Of a DNA stretch of 64,000 nucleotides, positions 25,561 to 36,730 are shown piece by piece. Position 1 is the stretch's first letter, and each line of letters begins with the position of its first letter. Source of the stretch: Mobula hypostoma (Eukaryota); the NCBI RefSeq assembly GCF_963921235.1, contig NC_086097.1, positions 152,150,001-152,214,000 of the forward strand. The letters run 5' to 3'. The notes below the pieces were generated by a model that saw only the letters and a program-made list of their open reading frames with translations, was not told the origin of the DNA and did no database searches. The position numbers were made by a program, and so were the translations under genes.

Positions 25561-26677
25561 ACCCTTTCTATGGTTTCCACACCTTCCTGTGGTGAGGTAA
25601 CCAGAACTGAGCACAGTACTCCAAGTGGGGTCTGACCAGGTTCCTATATAACTGCAATATTACCTCTCCGTTCTTAAACTCAGTCCCACGGTTGATGAAG
25701 GCCAATGCACTGTTCGCCTTCTTAACCACAAAGTCAACCTGCACAGCAGCTTTGAGCGTCCTATGGACTCAGACTCCAAGATCCCTCTGATCCTCACACT
25801 GCCAAGAGTCTTACCGTTAATACTATCTTCTGCCATCATATTTGACCAACCAAAATGAACCACCTCACACTTATCTGGGTTGAACTCCATCTGCCACTTC
25901 TCAGCCCAGTTTTGCATCCTATCAATGTCCCGTTGTAAACTCTAACAGCCCTCCACACTATCCACAACACCCCCAACATTTGTGTCATCGGCAAATTTAT
26001 TAACCCATTCCTCCACTTCTTCATCCAGGTCATTTATAAAAATCACAAAGAGTAGGGGTCCCAGAACAGATCCCTGAGGCACACCTCTGGTCACCGACCT
26101 CCATGCGGAATATGACCCACCTATAACCACTCTTTGCCTTCTGTGGGCAAGCCAGTTCTGGATCTACAAAGCAAGGTCCCCTTGGATCCCATGTCTCCTT
26201 ACTTTCTCAATAAGTCTTGCATGGGGTATCTTATCAAATGCCTTGATAATATCCATATACACTACATCTACAGCTCTACCTTCATCAATGTGTTTAGTCA
26301 CATCTTCAAGAAATTCAATCAGGCTGGTAAGGCACGATCTGCCTTTGACAAAGCCATGCTATTCCTAGTCATATTATGCCTCTGCAAGTGTTCATAAATC
26401 CTGCCTCTCAGGATTCCTCCATCAACTTTCTAACCACTGAAGTAAGTCTCATTGGTCTATAATTTCCTGGGCTATCCCTACTCCCTTTCTTGAATAAGGG
26501 AACAACCTCCACAACACTCCAATCCTGCCCCCCCCCCAAACAGTTGTGCCCCGTTCAAACCGCTGAAGAAATAACTGTCACCTTTTCAACTCTGCTCGCT
26601 TTTAAACTCTTCCCACTGTTTCATTGGCCGACCTCCGCGCGCTTGCGCAGTCGTGCCCCATTCAAACCGCTGAAGAA
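25561..26677 (-). mobile_element. CR1 (young family) RT fragment joined to a CR1 5'-terminal segment
   Basis: GVPQGSVLGPLLFVIFINDL...KFADDT. Positions 26540-26677 match the 5' end of the CR1 at 44329 (TTCTTCAGYGGTTTGA..GGGGCAYGACTGCGCAAGCGCG). Confidence 0.85.
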
Positions 26678-26679
26678 GT

Positions 26680-28565
26680 AAGTTCATCTACCTTATTCCA
26701 TATAGTGCATGCATTGAACTATAACACCTTTAGTCATGTGTTCACCCTTTCTGATTTTGTCGACCTTTCACATTGCAGCTCATCCTATTGACTGCAATTT
26801 TGCTCTATCTTCAGCCTCTCGTCACTACACATTACCTCTGTTTGTAAACCAGCCACCTCATCTTCAGCACTATCATTCGCCTTTCCTACAATACTTCTTG
26901 CATTGAAACATACACAGCTCAGGACACTATTCGCACCATGCTCAACCTTTCGATTCATAACTTTGTCTGATGTCGTACCAACATCTGCCACCACAACCTC
27001 TCCACTAACTGTTCTGGCAATCTGGTTCCCATCCCCCTGCAATTCTAGTTTAAACCCCACTGTGCAGCATTAACAAACCTTCCCGCAAGGATATTAGTCC
27101 CTCTCCAGTCCATATACTGTGCAATTCAAATATACTTTGAATCCTGTATTCACCCTTTTTGATTTTTTTTTCTGCATTTTACATTGCAACTCATCCTGTT
27201 GACTGCAACTTTGCCCTTTCAATATCCTCGCCTCACTACACATTGCCCCTGTTTGTAAACCAGCTACCTCATTTTCAGCACTATTATCTGCTTTTCCTAC
27301 AAAACTTCTTGCAATGAAATGTAGGCAGCTCAGGTCAGCAGTCATACCATGCTCAACCTTTTGATTCCTAACTTTGCCTGTGATTTTACCAACCTCTCCA
27401 CGAATTGTTCTAACACTATGGGTTCCAGCCCCCTGCAACTCTAGTTTAGACCACACTGTGCAGCATTAACAAACCTTCCTGCTAGGATATTAGTCCCGTC
27501 CGTTCAGGTGCAAACTGTCCCTTCTGTACAGGTCTCAGCTTCCCTAAAAAAGAGCCCAATGATCCAAAAATCTTATGCCCTCCCTCCTCCACTAATTCCT
27601 TAACCATGTATTAAACTGCATAATCATTCCAGTTCTAGCCTCACGAGCACACAGTGGGGGTAGCAATCTTGAGATCACAACCCTGGAGCTCTTGCCCTTT
27701 AACTTAGCACCTAACTTTCTGAATTCCCTTTGCAGAACCTTGTCACTCATTCTACCCACGTCATTGGTACCTAAATGGACATGACTTCTATCTGTTTGCC
27801 ACCTGGGAATCTCGTTCTCACCCACAGAACCTCCTGTCCATTCCCGTAATTAATGAATCCCCTATCACCACAGTGTGCCTCTTCTCCCCTCTTCCCTTCT
27901 GAGTCACAGAGGCATACTCAGTATAAGAGACACAACCACTGTGATTTTCCTTTGTTAGGTCAACCCCTCCGACCGTATACCTGTTGTTGAATGGGATATC
28001 CGCACGTACTCTGCACTGGCTCCTTAACCCCTTTTCCCTTCCTGACTGTCACACAGTTTGCTGTGTTCTGCACCTTGGGTGTAACATCTTGCTATATGTC
28101 CTATCTTTCATCCCCTTAATTCATTGAGTTCCGGCTCTTAGTGTGGACTGTTAGAAACCACAGCTGGAATTGCTTCTCACAGTTGTAGTTGTCAGGGACC
28201 TTGGAGGTGTCCCACATCCCACAAGAGGAGCATTCACTTATCCTGCCTGGCATTTCTAGCAGAGCAGATGTAAAGAAGGGAAGGAAACAAAAACTTGAAC
28301 TTTCCTCTTCTTTTGCTTTCTCTGACTGAAGCCTCTCTCTGTGGAAGCCCCGATGAGCGAAAGCGGCAAGATCACAACTCTGACTGTCCGGTCAGACGAT
28401 GCTTGCTGCAATGATGACCGCAGCACTTGTCTTTGCCCTGCCCTCCTTTAATTTGCTCTTGCTAATCAATCCCAAATGCCGATTGGTAGCTGGTCAAAGC
28501 TCTTCTTCGCTGCTGTGACCCACTGCTGCCTTTTGTACTCAAGCAGTGGACCTGATTTAAGTCCT
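26680..28565 (-). mobile_element. CR1 5' region (ORF1 esterase, ORF1/ORF2 junction) with ~400-bp tandem duplication
   Basis: VHLGTNDVGR...VVISRLLP (SGNH esterase-like). Two paralogous units ELQG...KVEHG...ARS.VGKA..SAE.EVAGLQT lie at 26785-27060 and 27094-27456. Confidence 0.8.
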
Positions 28566-28654
28566 CTCCTCTAAAAATTTCCGATATTTGTATTGGCCTC
28601 TGGTTAAAGCTCTTTTCTTTTTTATCAAGGCCATGCTCCCATCTTGCTGCTGCC

Positions 28655-29065
28655 AAGGTACAGGAGCCTCAGGAGCTGCACCACCAGGTTCAGGATATTT
28701 ATTAGCCCTCAACTATCAGGCTTTTGAACCAGAGAGGATAACTTCTGTTAACTTCACACCCATTACTGAAATGGTCCTGTAAACAATGGACTCACTTTCA
28801 AGTACACTTTACCTTATATTCTCAATATTTATTGCTTGTTTATTGTTACTATTTCTTTTCTTTATCTTTCTTTTTGTATTTCCAGTTTGTTAGGTTTGTT
28901 TTGCACATTGGTTGTCGGCCATCCCATTGGGTGCAGCCTTTCATTGATGCTCTTATCTTTCTTGTATTTACTGTGATTGCCTGCAAGAAAATTATTTTCA
29001 GGGTTGTATATGGTGACATATATGTACTTTGATAATAAATTTACTTTGAACTTTGAATTTTGAAG
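28655..29065 (+). mobile_element. Rex1-like 3' end or derived SINE-like repeat
   Basis: tacaggagcctcagg...accaggttcagg...atcaggcttttgaac (Rex1 C-terminal motif) with tail aataaatttactttgaactttgaa. Confidence 0.6.
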
Positions 29066-29579
29066 TGTCCATTATAAATACAGAGGTTCTTTCATTTTTT
29101 TTTTGTTTTGTCCCAGTGGCAATGTCAGAGTAAGACAAATCAGTACCCTGTCTGTTTGAAGGCAATGTAATTGTACTTGTCCTTCCCCCTGGTATTGATC
29201 ACTGAACAGGGACATGACACTTCATGCATGGTGAGCAGTTGCAAAATGCACTGAAGCACAAAAGTTTTCCATGGGCCTGTCCCTCTCTGAGAATCTGGAA
29301 AATAAAAGATCTTTATTTTGGGAAAGGAAAAGAAACAGGTGTAGCAATATGCTTGGATTATAATGTACTACAGAATTGTTGTTTTGCACTAATTGTTGTC
29401 ACAGTCCAATTATTTCCAATTATAAGCATTGACTCTATCAACATCTGGTTACCAATATAATTTTGTTATAGAGGATGATACATTCACAATTTGCATTTAA
29501 ACTAAAATATTAAACACTGCAGAAATTCAAGACTCCTATATCCTATTGAATAAATCCAAAATGAGGGTATCAGGAGCAG

Positions 29580-29693
29580 CGCACACAAAATGCTGGAGGA
29601 GCTCAGCAGGTCATGCACCATTATGGAGAGGAATAAAGAGTTGACATTTCAGGCTGAGAGCTTTCATCATTTCCAGCATCTGCACAATTTCTT
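29580..29693. mobile_element. Older Penelope-derived mini-insertion (inverted hammerhead segment plus 3' end)
   Basis: The minus strand reads TGATGA AAGC TCTCAG CCT GAAAT GTC AAC, followed by forward tttccagcatctgcac. Flanks GTATCAGGAGCAG (29567-29579) and GTGTCAGGAGTAG (29694-29706) match at 11/13. Confidence 0.72.
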
Positions 29694-31561
29694 GTGTCAG
29701 GAGTAGTTAAACTTTGAAGATAATTTAGCCTGAAGTGGGAGTATTATGAATTTCCCATAAATATAGCCAAATGATAAATCTTTATACTGTAACCCAGCTG
29801 ATCAGTTAAAACAATTAAGTCTAAAAAGGGGCTTAAAAAAATTACTTGCACAAGATGATTAGATTCTACAGCGACCTGCTAAATCTAGGAGAAATTAACC
29901 TGCGAAGTAAGTAATTGTGGACCATATTGTGTTTGGATCTACGTGTTGGATTCAGTGGACCATCATTTTTTGTGAACCTTTCCTCTCTAAAGACATTGAC
30001 TCTTATTGGCATATACAGTACTTGTTTATATACAGATACCACACAGAACACCTGCTCAAGTTACAAACTTCATAATCTTGAGACTGCATTATGGAATGTT
30101 AAACGCTTGGGCCAGAATTTTGGTTCTACAGAAATTCCTCTCTCAGGTGATTACGTGAGGTCAGGTATTGAAGAGGAACATTTATATAAATCATAATAGG
30201 TATTGTCAAATGTAAGGAAGATTTTGAATAGTGACTTTGATCTGGAAGATGCCCACTGCAATGTGTTAATCAATAAGGGGAATGATGAATGATTTGTATA
30301 CTTCCTACCCTGGTGACACTGATGCTGCAGACTGGCAGACAGCTTGGTGTTACTATTAGCACAGACCAGGGTATTCTAGATCATAAACATTGCTTTAAAA
30401 CAAACAGGAAGAACCATGCAGGAGGACATCACTTTGGGATGAAGTCCTCAACAGAACACAAATAATGAGCCATAGAATCTCACTCATTAAGGGTTGAGTA
30501 ACTCACAAGTTGCTGACTCCGTGTGCCAGTAATATAAACAGCATTATACCAGTAATATACCAGTAATATAAACAGCATTATAAAAAGTGTTTACAGTGTA
30601 GGATATTGAGTGAGGTAATAGATAGAGGGGGGTGAGGGGGCTGACTGGTGTGATTGATCAGATTAACTGACTGGGGAAGAAACTTTTAAGATGGCACAAT
30701 GTTTTTGTTTTAATAGCCCTATAATCATATCATCTCTGCAACCAAACTCTTGATAAACGTTTCCATAGCAATAGCCTCTCAGTGCACACTGAGGCTGTGA
30801 AAATTGCAATGTAACTGCAAGCATTCCTTTTCTTCAAAAAATGCAATGTCCACTTATGACCCTGATCCCACAATTTCCCTGACAGTAATCATATGGGTAT
30901 CTTCACTGTTGTTGGAACCTTTCTATCCTATGTTACTGTGACCATGACAGCCTTCCTCAAGTATGCCCAAAACTTGGGAATTTGCCTCAAAAAATGGTAC
31001 AATATGCATTCTATTCTCAGAATCTGGAATCAACCCTAGTGTTCATAAACCTGTCTCCCTAATGGTTCAGCTTCACCCAATACCCTTGTACTTACAAACA
31101 ACTGAAAGCATTATGAACTACGTTTTGCAGAATATTTTGTATTCTCGGAAAGTACCATAGCATGAGTGGATGAGTTGCACATCCACAGTAAAAGCATCTC
31201 AATTACTATGCATGGATTACCTATGTTTGATTAACCTGCAGCACCCCAAAAAAGGGAAAAAAGTGGGTTCTAAAATTAGGTTTCTAAGTGTTGGAAAATG
31301 AAAACAGGATCTGAGTCACCAACATAAAATATATAGTCACTCTCTTGAACTTAACAAAGCCGTCAAGAAGAAGTAATATACCCATTAATAGAATTACATG
31401 TTATAATTAACACTGCTAAAGCCATGATTATTCCCTCTTCTTCACCTTATCTAGCATCATGATGATTTGCTTAAAAATTACAGTAGCTTAAAAGGTTGCA
31501 GTTAACCTGACCTTTTGGCTAGGAATACCTGTTCAATCCTCCTATGGGAAACCCTTTCAGT

Positions 31562-32170
31562 TACATATAAACATAGAAGCATAGATAACCTACAGCACAA
31601 TACAGGCCCTTCAGCCCACAATGCTGTGCTGAACATCTACATACTTTAGAAATTACCTAGGGTTACCCATAGCCCTCTATTTTTCTAAGCTCCATGTACC
31701 TATCCAGGAGTTTCTTAAAAGACACTATCGTATCCACCTCCACCACTGCTGCCGGCAGCCCATTCCATCCACTCATCACTCTCCCCATAAAAAAAAACTT
31801 ACCCCTGACATCTCTTCTGTACCTACTTCCAAGCACACTAAAGTTGTGCCCTCTCGTGCTATCCATTTCAACCCTGGGAAAAAGCCTCTGACTAGCCACA
31901 TGATCAATGCTTCTCATCATCTTATACACCCCTATCAGGTCACCTCTCATCCTCCGTCACTCCAAGAAGGAAAGGCCGAGTTCACTGAAGTTATTCTCAT
32001 AAGGCTTGCTCCCCAATCCAGGCAACACCCTTGTAAATTTCCTCTGCACACTTTCTGTAGTTTCCACGTCCTTCCTGTAGTGAGGTGACCAGATCTGAGC
32101 ACAGTACTTCAACTGGGGTCTGACCAGGATCCTGTGTAACTACAACATTACCTCTCAGCTCTTGAACAGT
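31562..32170 (-). mobile_element. CR1 3' fragment (same family as 148-4501)
   Basis: MRGDLIGVYKMMR...SQRLFPR...TRGHNF; acatagaa tail. Confidence 0.92.
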
Positions 32171-32679
32171 TCTTGAATACATTCTTACAGTTAAGAAAGT
32201 ATTACCTTTACAACTGAGTTGGAAAATTGAGGAACGGCAATAACTGTGGTATAATCATTAAGTGCCTTAATTGTATATCACATGAAAGAAAGAGATACAA
32301 TGATGGTGACATGTGACTGTTGGTAGGAGACCAAGCAAGAGAAATCTAACTTACACAGAAATGAAGGAAATTGACCATATCTGAGAATCTGTAATGAAAT
32401 TCTAATAGCATAATTGCTGGGAACAACTTACTACTTTGTCATGATTTTAGGTTTGTGTCTAAATTTGGTGCCATGGAACAACCTTAGTCCCGAACGAAGC
32501 AGTATTAAAAACATGGAATTAGTCCCCTTATGTAGCTTTAAAATCACATGCTCTTTTACCCAACTAATAGAGCAGTAGATGTGATCTTCTCTGCACACAG
32601 GCTCAAGAAAAATGTGGGGAGCAACATTTGTTTCTGTACATGATCTTTTTCGACATCACTCAAGCCTTTGACCCCATCA

Positions 32680-34120
32680 ATAGATCAAAAGGTGCAGGAG
32701 TAGGCCATTCGGCCCTTCGAGCCAGCACCGACATTCACTGTTATCATGGTCGATCATTCACAATCAGTACCCTGTTCCTGCCTTCTCCCCATATCCCATG
32801 AGTCCGCTATCATTAAGAGCTCTATCTAACTCTTTCTTGAAAGTATCCAGAGAATTGGCCTCCACTGCCTTCTGAGGCAGAGAATTCCACAACTCTCTGG
32901 GTGAAAAAGTTTTTCCTCAACTCCATTCTAAATGGCCCACCCCCTATTCTCAAATTGTGGCCTCTGGTTCTGGACTCCCCCAGCATCGGGAACATGTTTC
33001 CTGCCTCTAGCGTGTCTAATCCCTTAATAATCTTATATGTTTCAATCAGATCCCCTCTCATCCTTCTAAATTCCAGTGTATACAAGCCGAGTCGCTCCAA
33101 TCTTTCAACATATGACAGTCCCGCCATCCTGGGAATTAACCTCATGAACTTCCGCTGCACTCCCTCAATAGCAAGAATGTCCTTCCCCAAATTTGGAGAC
33201 CAAAACTGTACACAGTACTCCAGGTGTGGTCTCACCAGGGCCCTGTACAACTGCAGAAGGACCTCTTTGCTCATGTACTCAACTCCCCTTGTCATGATGG
33301 CCAACATGCCATTAGCTTTCTTCACTGCCTGCTATACCTGTATGCTTACTTTCAGTGACTGATGAACAAGGACACCAAGATCTCATTGTACTTCCCCTTT
33401 TCCTAACTTGACACCATTCAAATAGTAATCTGCCTTCCTGTTCTTGCCACCAAAGTGGGTAACCTCACATTTATCCACATTAAACTGCATCTGCCATGCA
33501 TCTGCCCACTCACCAAACCTGTCCAAGTCATCCTGCATTATCTCAACATCCTCCGCACATTTACACTGCCACCCAGCTTTGTGTCATCTGCAAATTTTCT
33601 AATGTTACTTTTAATCCCTTCATCTAAATCATTAATGTATATTGTAAATAGCTGCGGTCCCAGCACCGAGCCTTGCGGTACCCCACTAGTCAACGCCTGC
33701 CATTCTGAAATGGACCAGTTAATCCCTACTTTTTGTTTCCTCTTTGCAAACCAATTTTCTATCCATGTCAGTGCCCTACCCCCAATACCATGTGCTCTAA
33801 TTTTGCCCACTAATCTATGTAGGACCTTATAAAAGGCTTTCTGAAAGTCCAGGTACACTACATCCACTGGCTCTCCCTTGTCCATTTTCATAGTTACATC
33901 CTCAAAAAATTCCAGAAAATTAGTCAAGCATGATTTCCCCTTTGTAAATCCATGCTGACTTGGACCAATCCTGTTACTGCTATCCAAATGTGCCGCTATT
34001 TCATCCTTCATAATTGACTCCAGGATCTTCCCCACCACTGATGTCAGGCTAACTGGTTTATAATTCCCTGTTTTCTCTCTCCCTCCTTTCTTTAAAAGTG
34101 GGATAACATTAGCTACCCTC
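32680..34120 (-). mobile_element. CR1 LINE, second subfamily, well-preserved RT 3' half
   Basis: QHGFTKGKSCLTN...VYLDFQKAF...SGVPQGSVLGPQLFTIYINDL...KFADDTKLGG; LYRALVRPHLEYCVQFWSP. Confidence 0.95.
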
Positions 34121-34839
34121 CATTACAAGACACTGTGGATCAGACCAAAATTCAGCTGCCTACAGAAATTCCAGCTTACATTTGTTTTGAGGGATTTACA
34201 ACAAACCACTCTTATTAAAGACCGGCATCAAATGTGGCTGCTTCAATGCTCCAATACTTTTGTCAATCTTTCTCACGGGACTTAACTCCAAAAAATTTCC
34301 TTGGGGATTCAGAACAATTGGGAACCAATTCAATTTATGGTCAGTATACTGCTGAATCACAGACACTGGAACCTCAGTACAGACAGTCACTGCGTCACAT
34401 GGAAGTTCTCTTCCTGATTACTGTCTGTAAACTGATTTATCTGCAAGTCAGAAATGTCAATTTTTAATAATAATCCATATCATATCATTTTACATACACT
34501 TGTTATTATTCTTTCCTTTCATTGAATAATTATTTTAAGATTACTCAAAACAAAAATAATGAAATATATACTGTACCCAGGTATTAATGAATACCATTAA
34601 ACATCATCATTATTATTATTACTTGAAAAAATGTATGGAAGAATTTGTATAACATCAAATATCCAAAAACTAGGTCTTTTATAAATTGGGAAGTTCTTGT
34701 CATCATTCTGCTATATGCAAATAATGATTGAATTTCCATAGTCTTGGAGGCTAATGCATTGTCAATCTGCTCATCAAGGATTAGTCTTACAGTTAATGCC
34801 TACAGGACCAGGGTCCTTTCTCCACTTGTCCCTTCTATA

Positions 34840-35650
34840 CTAAAGTGTGTTCTGACAATAAAGGTTCATGATGTGACTTTGGAAATTGGAGACTACATCT
34901 CATATCTTGAGGAGTCCCTTTTTATGAAGCCAGACATTGATAATCAAATTCACTATCACCTTCAACGCGCCAGCACAACTTTTAGTCTATTGACATAAAG
35001 GCTACCTGAATATTAGGACTTCAGGGGTGACACAAAACTTATGGCCTATCCTGGACATTCTCTCTTCTTCCTTCTCCCATTGGGCAGAAAATACTAAAGC
35101 CTGAAGGCACTTATCATCAGGCTCAGAGAGAGCTTCTACCCCACTGATATCAGGCTCTGGTACCTCTTGTACAATAGGATGAACTCTTGACCTCACAATC
35201 TATGTCATTATGACCTTGCACTTTAATATTTACCTGCCCTGCACTGCACTTTCTCACAGCTTTTTCACTTTATTCTTCATTGTTATTGTTTCATCATTTC
35301 ATTGTTTAATGATCTGATCTGTATGAACAATTTGCCAGACAGGCTTTTCACTGTATCTTGCTGCAAGTGACAATAATAAACCAATACCGTTCCATATGAT
35401 TTTGAGACCAAAACTAATTAACATTAACTTCTTAAAGTGCTAAGAAAACAGACAACAAGACCCTTTCGCAGACCAACATCTCCATTACTCAGGCCCTAGT
35501 TACACTTATTTGGCTACACTGGGCAGGCCATGTCATTTGAATTTCCAATGCTGGATCCCTGAAACAGACAGACTATTTCATATTCTTATTATCAGAGAAG
35601 GTTACCAAGCAGACAGAGGAGAAAAGATTTAAGTGTGTGCTTAAAGCTTT
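34840..35650 (+). mobile_element. Old RTE-clade LINE fragment, split by a Rex1-like 3' fragment (~35045-35390)
   Basis: DYISYLEESLFMKPDIDNQIHYHLQRASTTFSLL aligns by eye with FTYLGSILSHTVNIDAEVNNRIAKASAAFGRL of the 47744 ORF. The downstream tgggcaggccatgtc is the WAGHV motif. Confidence 0.65.
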
Positions 35651-36182
35651 GAAGTGTAACTTCCTTATTGCTTCTGGCTTATGACTTTTCTAGCAGGAGG
35701 AGCCCTGTGGATGTTTCTGAACTATCAAGGTTAAGCATCAGGACCATGCACAACCTTTGGGTAGGTGATGGAAGGAGCAGGTCACCTGACTGGCTACCCA
35801 CCCCCTCTGTCACGTCAGGCACCCCTAGACCCCTCCTACAAAATCAGAGTGAAGCAACTCATTTTAATTCCAAAGAACTGCCCTAGTAGAAGAAAATAAT
35901 AAAGACCATCTAACTTTAGCATGGTAATAAATAAGTGTTAAATAGAATTTCAGGGTGAAACCCCCCCGGGAGCAGCTCTGAAAATACAGTATAAAATTTT
36001 GAACAGTCCAGCAAAGCTAGAGCTAAACATAATTTCAAAATAAGTGGAAAGAGAGAGGTAAAGTGACTCTAGTTGTAAGCTATACCTCAGGCACTAAGTG
36101 AACTGTTCTCAATCTGCTTTAAGCAGCTCTGCTCCTACGGTAAGTGTTCGACCAAAGAAAATGTACTTATAATTATTATTTT

Positions 36183-36400
36183 TTTTTAGCTGGAGATAAA
36201 GCATGGTAAAAGACCCTTCTGGCCCAACGAGCCCAAGCCACACAATTACACCAATGTGACCAATTAAACTACTATTCATATGGTTTTGGAATGTGGGAGG
36301 AAACTGGAACACCCAGATAAAACCCATGAGGTCATGGGGAGAACATACAAACTCTTTACAGACAGTAACGGAGTTGAACCCAGGTCGCTGGCGCTGTAAT
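36183..36400 (-). mobile_element. tRNA-derived V-domain SINE (HE1-like)
   Basis: The minus strand has a B-box-like GGTTCAACTCC, the V-domain gtatgttctccccatgacc...ccagtttcctcccacattcc, and a CR1-like tail gggccagaagggtc. Confidence 0.75.
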
Positions 36401-36730
36401 GCTCAAAGTTCAAAGTACATTTATTACTGAAGTATGTACAACCTTGAGAGTTGTCTCCTTACAGGCAGTCTCAAAACAAAGAAACCAATTGAAAGAGACT
36501 GGGAAACAGCTAATGTGCAAAAAAAAAGAACAAATCATGCAAAAAAGTAAATAACATTCAAAACTAAAGTTCACAAAAGTGATCCCACAGCCATGAAGCC
36601 AGTTGTTCGTTATAGCCCGTCTAGGAGCCTATCATTTGCAGGCCACATCCTCAGTTCAATGAGCTAAACACCAGCCTGTCCCTTATCTCCTGTCCTGACA
36701 CCCTGGCCTTTTCAATCTGGCCTGGCATTT

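Noticed and set aside
29872..29906. Possible 35-nt micro-exon (ctacag|CGACCTG...CTGCGAA|gtaagt; DLLNLGEINLR)
   Set aside because: The donor is good but the polypyrimidine tract is weak, the peptide is not recognisable and there are no partner exons. Such matches are expected by chance in 64 kb; RNA-seq would be needed.
30526..30582. Tandem repeat of CCAGTAATATA(AACAGCATTATA)
   Set aside because: A simple local slippage duplication; no spacers, so not CRISPR-like.
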